A stretch of 64,000 nucleotides of DNA from a bacterium. GTDB taxonomy: Bacteria > Zhuqueibacterota > Zhuqueibacteria > Residuimicrobiales > Krinioviventaceae. Under the pieces are notes generated by a model. It made no database searches and had not been told where the DNA came from. It saw only the letters and a program-made list of their open reading frames with translations. Every line of letters starts with the position of its first letter. Positions within the stretch are counted from its first letter, which is position 1. The DNA lies in the NCBI GenBank assembly GCA_963675755.2, contig CAXXMD010000003.1:704001-768000 (forward strand), given 5' to 3'. The position numbers were made by a program, and so were the translations under genes. This document shows positions 31,359 through 40,398 of the stretch, piece by piece.

Positions 31359-31415
31359 ACCGTCCCTTCGATACATACGTCCACCAAATGGCGGACGTAT
31401 ACTCAGAAAACGGTT
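31359..31415. repeat. Solitary copy of the CCCTTCGATAC-[hairpin]-ACTCAG palindromic repeat family
   Basis: CCGTCCCTTCGATAC-ATACGTCCACCAAATGGCGGACGTAT-ACTCAGAAAACGG; same frame as the copies at 37024, 39741 and 40160 but a different internal hairpin. Confidence 0.65.
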
Positions 31416-31428
31416 TTATTTCTACAGG

Positions 31429-32907
31429 TTAAATCTTTTTCTTTAAATTGCTGATCAGTAATCCTACAACCAGAATGGTCAGTGTACCGAATATGGGGAT
31501 CAGGTAATTGTGGAACGGACTGGTCATTGCGCCAAAGAATCCGGGTGATTGATTGGAAATAGTCATCCACAAAATAATCAACACGCCCAAGATTGCTCCC
31601 GGAATTGCCGCGGAATTGGATGCTTTTTTAGAGATCATACCCAGCAATAAAATACCCAACATACCGCCGCTCAAAATACCTGCCAATACCTGCCATACCT
31701 GAAACGCGTTGCTGGCTGCAATCATTAACAATCCAATAATTGTACCCAGTGTACCCCATACAACTGTTGCAACATACAGCGCTTTCATCATCTGTTTTTC
31801 AGATGCAGCTTTATTAAAAAAACGTTTATAATAATCATTCATCAACAGGGTAGCGGAAGAGTTTAAACTGGTAGAAACCGTACTCATGGCCGCGGCAAAA
31901 ATTGCAGCAATCAAGAGTCCTTTTAATCCTATTGGCAGATTTTGAATAATGTAAAACGGGAATACATAGTCGGGTTTGGCTGCGTATTCAGGGGGAAGTG
32001 ATCCGCCGCCGGCCTGGTAATATACATACAATGTCGTTCCAATAAAAAAGAACAGTGCCGAAACCGGAATGTACAGCAATCCACCAACAATCAAACTCTT
32101 GAATGCTTCTTTATCTGATTTTGCGGATTTGTAACGCTGAATAAAATTCTGATCAATTCCAAAATTCTGCAAATTCATTACAATACCAAAAAACAGAACG
32201 ATCCAGAATGTTTCGCTGGTTAATGAGGGACCAAAATCACCCAGGCTAAATTTACCATGGGCCATTCCATAGCTAAACACTTGTCCCGGACCATCGGGCA
32301 GGCCAAACAACATGGCAACGGTACAAATCAAAGCACCACCAATAAGTACCACACTTTGAATTGCATCGGTCCAGATCACTGCAACAATACCACCCACAAA
32401 GGTATACAGTGTAACAGAAATACCCACTACGATAATAATAAGTTCAATGTTCCATCCCAACAGCAGAGATAACGGTAACGCGGTCAAGTACATAACCGCA
32501 CCCATACGCGCAATCTGGGTCAGCAGATAACAAACGCTTGCATACACACGCGCCCAGGTACCAAACCGGTCTTCAAGATTTGCATAGGCAGAAATGGATT
32601 GGCTGGCACGGTAATAAGGCATAAAATACTTGATTGCTATAATAGTAGTGATGGGCAGTGACAGGCTGAATGTGAAAAAACCCCAATTCTTGTCTGAAAA
32701 GGACATGGCAGGAATACCAATAAAACTGAGACTGCTCAAGTATGTGGCAAACATGGACAATCCACAAAGAATACCCGGTAATGAACGATCACCTGCGGTG
32801 AATCCCTCGGTAGAGGTGCTTCTTTTGTGAAAATAGAATCCCAATCCTATTGTGCCAAGAAAATAAACGACAAGTACAGCAATGTCTACAAAACCAAATT
32901 GAGGCAT
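31429..32907 (-). CDS. Sodium:solute symporter (SSS family, sugar/sialic-acid-like)
   Basis: SMFATYLSS; GGIVAVIWTDAIQ; GIDQNFIQRY; GLLIAAIFAAAMSTVSTSLNS; many TM helices. Confidence 0.93.
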   Translation of the reverse strand: MPQFGFVDIAVLVVYFLGTIGLGFYFHKRSTSTEGFTAGDRSLPGILCGLSMFATYLSSLSFIGIPAMSFSDKNWGFFTFSLSLPITTIIAIKYFMPYYRASQSISAYANLEDRFGTWARVYASVCYLLTQIARMGAVMYLTALPLSLLLGWNIELIIIVVGISVTLYTFVGGIVAVIWTDAIQSVVLIGGALICTVAMLFGLPDGPGQVFSYGMAHGKFSLGDFGPSLTSETFWIVLFFGIVMNLQNFGIDQNFIQRYKSAKSDKEAFKSLIVGGLLYIPVSALFFFIGTTLYVYYQAGGGSLPPEYAAKPDYVFPFYIIQNLPIGLKGLLIAAIFAAAMSTVSTSLNSSATLLMNDYYKRFFNKAASEKQMMKALYVATVVWGTLGTIIGLLMIAASNAFQVWQVLAGILSGGMLGILLLGMISKKASNSAAIPGAILGVLIILWMTISNQSPGFFGAMTSPFHNYLIPIFGTLTILVVGLLISNLKKKI

Positions 32908-33100
32908 GAGTGACTCCTGTAGAATGATGAAGAGGTTACAATTCTTGATATTGCCGGTAATTGATGGGCAAATATTTTTCTTTTTCCGAACTCTTGAATA
33001 TAACTGCTCAGAGATCAGAAATCAAGAAAAAATGCGTAAAATAAAGTAAAATATTATGTTTTATACACTTGGATAATTTGTTCCAATAATACCTGACAAC

Positions 33101-33781
33101 CTATTTTATAAAATCACTTTCCAGTAATGAATAAATAACACTATCTTTGAATTCTTTATTATAAAGGAAATTTTCTCTAAAATAAGCTTCCTTGACAAAT
33201 CCTATCTTTTCGAGCACCTTTTTCGAAGCCAAATTATCCGGGTTAATATTGGCCTCAACACTGTGAAGGTGCAATGTATTAAATCCAAAATCAATCAGTA
33301 CAGATGCTGCTTCGTTCATATATCCTTTTCCCCAATAATCGGGATGTAAAGCATATCCAATTTCAGCTCTGCAATGCCGGGAATCTATTCTCCAAAATCC
33401 AAAATAGCCAATGAAGGTATTTGATGATTTCTCTAAAAGTCCCCAGTTGATGCCCTCGCCCTTGATAAAAGATTCGGTTAGTGATTTTATCAACTCCTCA
33501 GAATCTGCAATGGATTTCATCATATCAGTATCCATATATTTCATGACATCACTATGGGTCCGAATTTCAAACAAGGCGTTAGTATCATTCAAGGATATCT
33601 GACAAAATTTTAACCGCTCACTTTGCAATTCCGGGAATTGTTCAAATACCTGCTTGTTAATTTCAAAATACACTTTTTGAATCCTCTTATTAATATTTGA
33701 AAATGTTATCCGGTCTATACCCAACTCTATTGAAAAAGTTATAATAATAAAAGCAATATCAAAGCCTCTTTTTAAAAACAT
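33101..33781 (-). CDS. GNAT N-acetyltransferase, RimJ/RimL type (true start probably ~33673)
   Basis: FPELQSERL; RAEIGYAL...WGKGYM.EA; NPDNLASKKVLEKIGF..E. Confidence 0.9.
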   Translation of the reverse strand: MFLKRGFDIAFIIITFSIELGIDRITFSNINKRIQKVYFEINKQVFEQFPELQSERLKFCQISLNDTNALFEIRTHSDVMKYMDTDMMKSIADSEELIKSLTESFIKGEGINWGLLEKSSNTFIGYFGFWRIDSRHCRAEIGYALHPDYWGKGYMNEAASVLIDFGFNTLHLHSVEANINPDNLASKKVLEKIGFVKEAYFRENFLYNKEFKDSVIYSLLESDFIK

Positions 33782-33834
33782 TAAATATACATTGAATTAA
33801 CAAATGCATTCATTTATTTTATAAATTCAATCAC

Positions 33835-35103
33835 ATGCTCAAACGGATAATCATTTGTTATTTTGAGAAAAAGGAAACCCGCATGAAATCACGCCAAAAG
33901 GCCCTGCTCTGGAACGTAATTATTATTTCAATACTGTTTTTGCCAACATTTTTGATTGCAAAAGAAAAAGTCAAAATAGCTATTTGGGGAGATTCACGAG
34001 AAAACTTTTTGGGCACCTGTGAAAACATTGCTCAACATTTGTTGTATAAAACAACAGACTGGGATTTCCAGGTGCATACCGGAGATTTTACTTCTACGGG
34101 CAGCCAGGAATCCTGGGAAAAATCTCTAAATTATAAAGGAGTGGACTCTGTTTTTGTCAAAGACAGATTTTTCATGTGCACCAGCAATCATGATCTGGAT
34201 AGAGAAAACTATAATAAATACACCTCCAATGTCATGCCTATAAATTCTTTGGACAGTACAACCCATTTTTATCATTATCAAAAGGGAAATGTTCATATTG
34301 TTGCGGTAGATGCCTATTTTACAAATCCTGAAGTGATGAACAACTGGCTTGACAGCGAATTGGCCAAAATCCCCGAGGATGATTGGTTAATCGGTTTTTG
34401 GCACAATCCCTGTTATGATCACCTTACCAACAAAGAGGGTTATTATGACACCTGCAGCCCCTGGCTGGAAAAATTCTATGAACATGGCGGTGATTTTATT
34501 TTACACGGACACGCGCACATGTATGTACGTACCCACCCCCTGATGCCGGATGGCAGAGTAGATCCGCAAAAAGGTATGGTGCATATAATAAACGGCTGTG
34601 GCGGAGCAGACTTTAAAGCCCAGCAAGAAGTAACAGAAAAAACGGCCTATACCCCTTCTCAAAGATCCTTTGGGTGTATAACATTTATTTCGTTTGAAGA
34701 AGACAAAGCTACGGTTGAAACGGTAGATGTAAGAACATTGATCAACTATGGTACTATTGATAAATGGACCTGGGACAAATCAGAGATTCAAACTGGCATT
34801 GAACAAAACAATACGCTGTCTTTTACAGATTATCAATTGAAACAAAACTATCCCAATCCCTTTAATCCAACAACAACCATTCGTTATACCCTGGGAACAC
34901 CGGGCTATGTACAACTCGAAATATTTGACATTACCGGTAAAAACATTTCAACACTTGTTCATGAGAACCAAAACGCGGGCAATTATTATTACGACTGGAC
35001 AGCAACAGATGCCCATGGCAATACATTGCCCAGCGGCACCTATTTCTGTCAAATACAATGTGGAGATTATCGACAAACCATTAAAATGCTGCTTTTGCGC
35101 TGA
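33835..35103 (+). CDS. Secreted metallophosphoesterase with C-terminal FlgD/T9SS-A-like sorting domain (start probably MKSRQ at 33883)
   Basis: WGDSR, HTGD, SNHD, WHNP, GHAHMY motifs; LKQNYPNPFNPTTTI..LPSGTYF..KMLLLR. Confidence 0.88.
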   Translation: MLKRIIICYFEKKETRMKSRQKALLWNVIIISILFLPTFLIAKEKVKIAIWGDSRENFLGTCENIAQHLLYKTTDWDFQVHTGDFTSTGSQESWEKSLNYKGVDSVFVKDRFFMCTSNHDLDRENYNKYTSNVMPINSLDSTTHFYHYQKGNVHIVAVDAYFTNPEVMNNWLDSELAKIPEDDWLIGFWHNPCYDHLTNKEGYYDTCSPWLEKFYEHGGDFILHGHAHMYVRTHPLMPDGRVDPQKGMVHIINGCGGADFKAQQEVTEKTAYTPSQRSFGCITFISFEEDKATVETVDVRTLINYGTIDKWTWDKSEIQTGIEQNNTLSFTDYQLKQNYPNPFNPTTTIRYTLGTPGYVQLEIFDITGKNISTLVHENQNAGNYYYDWTATDAHGNTLPSGTYFCQIQCGDYRQTIKMLLLR

Positions 35104-35108
35104 TCAGT

Positions 35109-36809
35109 TTATTTCGATACCGGCTCCAACCGTCCGTTTTCCAGGGGTGCGGTATCATCATCAGCAAACCAGAAACTGTACAGCTTGGCATTTTTCAGAT
35201 AAAACTTTAATGCAATGGCCCTTTTTTCAAAGGGCTTTTTCTTATTACTGTATTTAGCAGAATCTCCAAGATCTAACCAATCCTTGGGGAAATTGTCTAC
35301 AAAATTCTCGTCATGCTTCCAGGCTACCTTGTGATTAATAGCATTACCGGTAAAAGGGATACAATTCTCTGCCCGAAACAGGCCTTGAATATCATCCGAG
35401 TATTTTTCCACTTTTTTCAATTCCACATAATGATAGTCCTGCAATACCTCTACCCGAATCTCTCCTCCGTTGGCATCCGCATTGATGTATAAATGTTTAC
35501 CCTTTGGCCAGAACAGCGTGGTCAGCAGGGTTCCGGTTTCTTCTCCCGCGTCCATAGAAACAAATCCGTCCGTACGCAGGGTTGCCAATCCGGTTCGCAC
35601 TTTGTGGTCACGGGGCTTGATCTCATCGTGATCGTATTTTCTGCCGGTGTAATAAAAATAGAGGCTGTCGCTTTTGACGATTGGTGGACAATTCATCCAG
35701 ACCAGTCCGGCATCCCAACTGTTTTCGGGGCCGGTGGACAGGAACGGTTCGCCCTGACAAACCCGGTCCCAATTGCGGCCGTCATGGCTAAAGGCAAGCT
35801 CACAATGGAATTTTCCAGCCATTTCGGGATCCAGTGAAGCAGGACGATGATACATGACCGGAATTCCAATATACCCGCCAGCGTAACCAGTCACCTGCAT
35901 GAAATAGATATCCGTTGACGGACCATCCTTGGGATCGGCTTCCAGGACAAGCTCGTCATCAGACCAGGTGATACCGTCTGGACCAAAAGTCGCTTCGCTA
36001 AACAGCACCTTGCGCCAGCCGGATACGATCCGGGAGGGTGGGTCCCACAGGCGCAGGTAACAGAGATAACGATTGTGAAAGGGATCGTACGCGGGTTGAT
36101 TGGCTTCACCCAGTATGTCCCGCTGTGTTTGGTTGGGCATGGTCTGCCAGTTCAATCCATCCCGGGACTGGATGATCATAACCTGACGGGGTCGTGGTTT
36201 GGAACGAATAATAATGGCCCGATAGGGATAATCGGTTGCTTCCCGTACTTTGAAAAACGCCGAGTAATACGAAGTAAATGCCTCGCCGTTGAATTGGTTT
36301 AAATTTAAAATATTATTATGTTCGGGGACATCCTTTTTATCCAGTCCCTCCCAAATTTCATGGGACGGGAGCTGATCGGTAATGATGGGTGTGAAAGACC
36401 TGCCATCTGCGGTATGAAAAACCGAGTACAAGGTTTTCTCCTGAAAAGAGCCCACACAATAGGCAATGTGCCCCTTTTCATCCGTATCGGGAACAATGGA
36501 AAAAATTGTTGGGGAATGCATCAGCTTTTCGGAAACGGGTAATGACAGGGGTGCAGTGTATTTGTTTACCGCATGCAAGGTGCGTTTCACATTCCTGCTG
36601 CCCATGATAAAGGTATCATCCAGAAACAGGGCCGGTTCAGCGCCAATGATCCTGCCGGATTGGCGTTTAATGTCCCACTCGGATTGCGGGAAATCGGATT
36701 CAAACCCGATGGTGCGGTCCAGATGATAGACCGTGTTGGTCTGGCTGTATGTAATACCGGCAATCGTAACAATGATGAGGATTATGAGGATTCCGTTTTT
36801 CTTGAACAT
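35109..36809 (-). CDS. Secreted GH32/GH43-clan-like five-bladed beta-propeller protein
   Basis: Signal peptide; LFLDD; Asp-box SRDGLNW and SHDGRNW; GPENSWDAG; LRTDGFVSMDAG. Confidence 0.7.
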   Translation of the reverse strand: MFKKNGILIILIIVTIAGITYSQTNTVYHLDRTIGFESDFPQSEWDIKRQSGRIIGAEPALFLDDTFIMGSRNVKRTLHAVNKYTAPLSLPVSEKLMHSPTIFSIVPDTDEKGHIAYCVGSFQEKTLYSVFHTADGRSFTPIITDQLPSHEIWEGLDKKDVPEHNNILNLNQFNGEAFTSYYSAFFKVREATDYPYRAIIIRSKPRPRQVMIIQSRDGLNWQTMPNQTQRDILGEANQPAYDPFHNRYLCYLRLWDPPSRIVSGWRKVLFSEATFGPDGITWSDDELVLEADPKDGPSTDIYFMQVTGYAGGYIGIPVMYHRPASLDPEMAGKFHCELAFSHDGRNWDRVCQGEPFLSTGPENSWDAGLVWMNCPPIVKSDSLYFYYTGRKYDHDEIKPRDHKVRTGLATLRTDGFVSMDAGEETGTLLTTLFWPKGKHLYINADANGGEIRVEVLQDYHYVELKKVEKYSDDIQGLFRAENCIPFTGNAINHKVAWKHDENFVDNFPKDWLDLGDSAKYSNKKKPFEKRAIALKFYLKNAKLYSFWFADDDTAPLENGRLEPVSK

Positions 36810-36939
36810 GCATACTCCCGTTAGGTTGGATAAATTTCTGGTTATAATAACCTGATTTCACGGTTGAGATGCAAGCAGAAAATGTTGGTATTGTAAGATG
36901 GTATAAATGATTTACCGCAAAGGGGATAATGGAATAATG

Positions 36940-37100
36940 AACCACAGATACATTCGCCCGTGGGCGAACACGCGAAGATAAATACAGATCAAATCCATCC
37001 CCCTTGATCGTGACGGGGAAAAGGTCGGTCCCTGAGTGTTCGCCGAAGGCGAACGTATCGAAGGGCCGGGCAATATATTAACCACAAATGAACGCAGATA
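36940..37100 (-). repeat. Left inverted-repeat block (type-B palindromic repeat)
   Basis: 37024-37078 is a perfect 55-bp reverse complement of 39729-39783; imperfect match extends over ~36978-37100 vs ~39707-39829. Confidence 0.9.
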
Positions 37101-37228
37101 TCTATTTTGCAGATATGATTATAAGATCATGAATCCACACCCGCCCAAATCTCATTTGGGTGGAGAATTGGGTAAAACACTTTGCTTTGGTATTTTAGGG
37201 GTGAGTCGCTGACATGATTAAAAACATT

Positions 37229-37460
37229 AACCACGAAGAAAAGAAGGGCACGAAGGGAGACTATAATTCAGGAATGGTTGAAATAACGAGAACTCATCCC
37301 GTTAGGGATGAAATATTTGTAGCTCACACCGATAACTTCAACCTGCATCCCGTAGGGATGCGATATCATATTTCTATTATTCTATCCCATCCCTACGGGA
37401 TGGTAATCTGTTTTTTTGTTTGTGCTACAAATATCTTATCTCTGACGGGACAATTCATTC
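37229..37460 (+). repeat. Type-A 232-bp REPIN-like repeat, copy 1
   Basis: Near-identical to 39128-39359 and 39410-39642; contains three CATCCC-n-GGGATG palindromes in nested inverted arrangement. Confidence 0.92.
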
Positions 37461-38150
37461 CTTGACCAAACTCCTAAATTTCTTAAAATCTGGTGCACTT
37501 ATACCATTATTAAAATCAACCAAATTAATACTACACCTAATTTTTTCATTCGTCTCTGCAAAGCATTCTAATGTATAATATAAACCATTTTTTATTTTTA
37601 ATGGATTTGTAAATTCTAAAAATATACGAAATTTCCGAATTTCATCTCTTTTCAACTTGATATCCTTAACTAGTATAAAACTCTTTTCTATACGAATTTT
37701 GGAAGGAATTGCACCTATATTTAATTTGACAGTATTCTTGTCTGATTCCTCAAACTCTAATAATGAATCCCCCTCAAAAATCTGTATTTTATTATCAATT
37801 GCAATTCCTTCAGATATATTATCAAAATGCAAATTAAAACCTTTTATCAAAAGTTGATCTGCAACTATAAAATTAGGAATAACTTCTAAATGAATTTGCT
37901 GAAACCATTTGACCTTTTCCGAATTATTTTGGTTTTCTAATATTTGAAATGATATATGAGCATAATAAAATGTTACAAGAACTAATAAAATAGTCCATAT
38001 AGTTATAGGAGTGGAAAAAGCTAATATACACATTTCATTCAGGATTGTTATAATTAAAGCTACAAGCAATAATAATACAAATATAAATACAATAATTTTA
38101 TTATGCATTTTCGCCTCATAGTTTCTTTTAAGAAAATTTATCAAATCCAT
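37455..38150 (-). CDS. AT-rich membrane hypothetical protein (2 TM plus soluble domain); cargo between repeats
   Basis: 231-aa ORF, two N-terminal hydrophobic helices; its stop codon lies inside the end of repeat copy 1. Confidence 0.7.
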   Translation of the reverse strand: MDLINFLKRNYEAKMHNKIIVFIFVLLLLVALIITILNEMCILAFSTPITIWTILLVLVTFYYAHISFQILENQNNSEKVKWFQQIHLEVIPNFIVADQLLIKGFNLHFDNISEGIAIDNKIQIFEGDSLLEFEESDKNTVKLNIGAIPSKIRIEKSFILVKDIKLKRDEIRKFRIFLEFTNPLKIKNGLYYTLECFAETNEKIRCSINLVDFNNGISAPDFKKFRSLVKE

Positions 38151-38221
38151 TAAAATGTACCTTTATGTTTTCAAAATTAAATATTATATAATCATTGCTG
38201 CGAATGACTACAAGTTTAAAA

Positions 38222-38820
38222 TTATAAATGCAAACTTTTCTTAATATTCTTTCTAAATTCATTAAATTTTTCAATAGATATATCAACTATTGCTTGTAAT
38301 TCCTTTTCACGTTCAAAATAAATAATTCTTTGTTCGTCTTCAGGTGAATCTTTAAGCTCTGGGTAAAGTTTATGTATCCATTGTAAATGATCAGGATTAT
38401 GAGTATCGTTAACAAAAAAATGTTGACTTATGAAAAGCCTAAGATCAAAAAGTTTTTCAACAAAATTATTGAAATCTGTGTTTTTCTTTTTATCATTAAA
38501 CTTGCCCTCTGTAATTTTTGTTAATTCTAAATAATCACTAATTTTTTCTAAATATAATCTATGTATATAGTTATTATACAATTCATCTATAATAAAAGAG
38601 AATTCATTTTCTGCAAGTATATCATTATATCTTTGAAATAAATTTTTATCATGTTGGTAAATGATATCTCTAAATTTTATTTTTTTTTGGATTGTTAATT
38701 CTTGAATTAAATAAGTAGATAAAAAACCAAAAAATACAATCAATGGCTCCCAATCTGGAGTGCGTGATAACCACACTACTGATAACAGTAAAAAAACAAA
38801 TTAGTTAGTCTAATTATCAA
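38222..38820 (-). CDS. AT-rich membrane hypothetical protein, apparently frameshifted at a T7 tract near its 5' end; cargo between repeats
   Basis: ORF 38222-38776. AAAAGGA SD plus TTG at 38820 joins in frame if the T7 run (38790-38796) were T8, giving MIIRLTNLFFLLLSVVWLSRTPDWEPLIVFF. Confidence 0.6.
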
Positions 38821-39026
38821 TACTATATCCTTTTATTATATATTATTTTATATAATTGTGTCCAATAATAACAATTAATAAACACTTCAAGTAATTGATA
38901 TCAAAAAACTTCTCATACTTTCCAAGCCCCCTAATTTTTACTTCATGAATACTTAAATAAGTTAAATTCTCAAACAAAATGCAAGAACAAAATATCTTTT
39001 CATATTTTGTCTTTCTTCGTGGTCGG

Positions 39027-39053
39027 AGTATATCCGCCTAAGGCGGATATACT
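39027..39053. repeat. Perfect 12-bp palindrome inserted in an inverted ACCACGAAG-type motif
   Basis: AGTATATCCGCC-taa-GGCGGATATACT, flanked by CTTTCTTCGTGGT and CTTCATGGT. Confidence 0.7.
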
Positions 39054-39079
39054 TCATGGTGGTCATTCAACCTAACTTC

Positions 39080-39684
39080 CCGTGACGGAGACCGCTTCGC
39101 TTAACTCTGTCACGATCAGGGAAAACGAACCACGAAGGAAAGAAGGGCACGAAGGGAGAATATAATACAGGAATAATTAAAAAATGAGAACTCATCCCGT
39201 TAGGGATGAAATATTTGTAGCCCGCACCTATAACTACAACCTGCATCCCGTAGGGATGCGATATCATAGTTCCTTCATTCTATCCCATCCCTACGGGATG
39301 GTAATCTGTTTTTTTGTCTGTGCTACAAATATCTTATCTCTGACGGGACAATTGATTCCAACCGTGACGGAGATCGCTTCGCTTAACTCCGTCACGATCA
39401 GGAAAAATGAACCACGAAGGAAAGAAGGGCACGAAGGGAGACTATAATTCAGGAATGGTTGAAATAGCGAGAACTCATCCCGTTAGGGATGAAATATTTG
39501 TAGCCCGCACCTATAACTATAACCTGCATCCCGTAGGGATGCGATATCAAAGTTCCTTCATTCTATCCCATCCCTACGGGATGGTAATCTGTTTTTTTGT
39601 TTGTGCTAAAAATATCTTGTCCCTGACGGGACAATTCATTCCTCCCGTGACGGAGACCGCTTTGCTTATCTCCGTCACGATCAG
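39080..39684 (+). repeat. Tandem array of type-A repeats (copies 2 and 3, period 282/283 bp) separated by CGTGACGGAG...CTCCGTCACG hairpins
   Basis: CGTGACGGAG starts at 39081, 39363 and 39646; the 232-233-bp cores start at 39128 and 39410. Confidence 0.93.
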
Positions 39685-40262
39685 GGGTATATATTTGATC
39701 TGTGTTTATCTGCGTATATCTGTGGTTTATATATTGCCCGGCCCTTCGATACGTTCGCCTTCGGCGAACACTCAGGGACCGACTTTTTCCCCGTCTCGTC
39801 AAGGGGATATGGATTTTATCTTTGTTTATTAGAGCCTATTCGTCCTCTGGCGGATTTTTCGTGGGCTGTTTTTCTCTGTGTTCTCCGTGCCTCTGTGGTT
39901 TATTTCTTCCTGGCCTTGCCCTTCGATACGATCCGTCACAAAACGACGGATCACACGGTTCCTGAGCTTGTCCTGAGTTTATCGAAGGGCTTGTCAAAGG
40001 GCAGGGTCCGGCATTTTTCCGTTACGATCAATGGGTATAGGATTTATCTGTGTTCATAGACAGGTGTCTGATCATTTTTTTGGGTTCCAGGGCAGAGCCA
40101 CTGGAACCAGAAACGAGATAACTCGCTTTGTACTTTTGTACATATCGCGCCCGCAGTCGGCCCTTCGATACGGTCGCCTTCGGCGAACACTCAGGGACCG
40201 ACTTTTTTCCTCTGTGTTCTCCGTGTCTCTGTGGTTTATGTATTGCCTCGATCCTTCGATAC
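39672..40262 (+). repeat. Degenerate tandem array of type-B palindromic repeats with nested hairpins
   Basis: CCCTTCGATAC at ~39742, ~39919, ~40161 and CCTTCGATAC at ~40253; TCTGTGGTTT motifs; CTCAGGGACCGAC; separate hairpin GGTTCCAG-ggcagagcca-CTGGAACC at ~40083-40108. Confidence 0.85.
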
Positions 40263-40332
40263 TCTTACTCTATGCCCGGGCAGGCGTTTGAATTATTTCA
40301 ATGCAACACCCAATCAACTTTATTCTCTGCAC

Positions 40333-40361
40333 TTGACAATCACACGGCAATTGATTACGTT
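40333..40361 (+). promoter_or_regulatory. Putative sigma70 promoter for the 40399-45341 operon
   Basis: TTGACA (40333-38), 17-bp spacer, TACGTT (40356-61). Confidence 0.55.
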
Positions 40362-40398
40362 ATGTACTAAAAAATCTGCATGAATTTGAGGGCAAGGC

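Noticed and set aside
39080-40262. CRISPR array
   Set aside because: The intervals between hairpins are near-identical ~240-bp units, not unique 30-40-nt spacers, and there are no cas genes in the window.
37214-40370. ORFs 37214-37465, 39067-39267, 39184-39447, 39407-39832, 39563-39802, 39702-39965, 40031-40291 and 40128-40370
   Set aside because: They are translations of palindromic DNA repeats. Starts, stops and frames differ between copies, so conservation is at the DNA/structure level.
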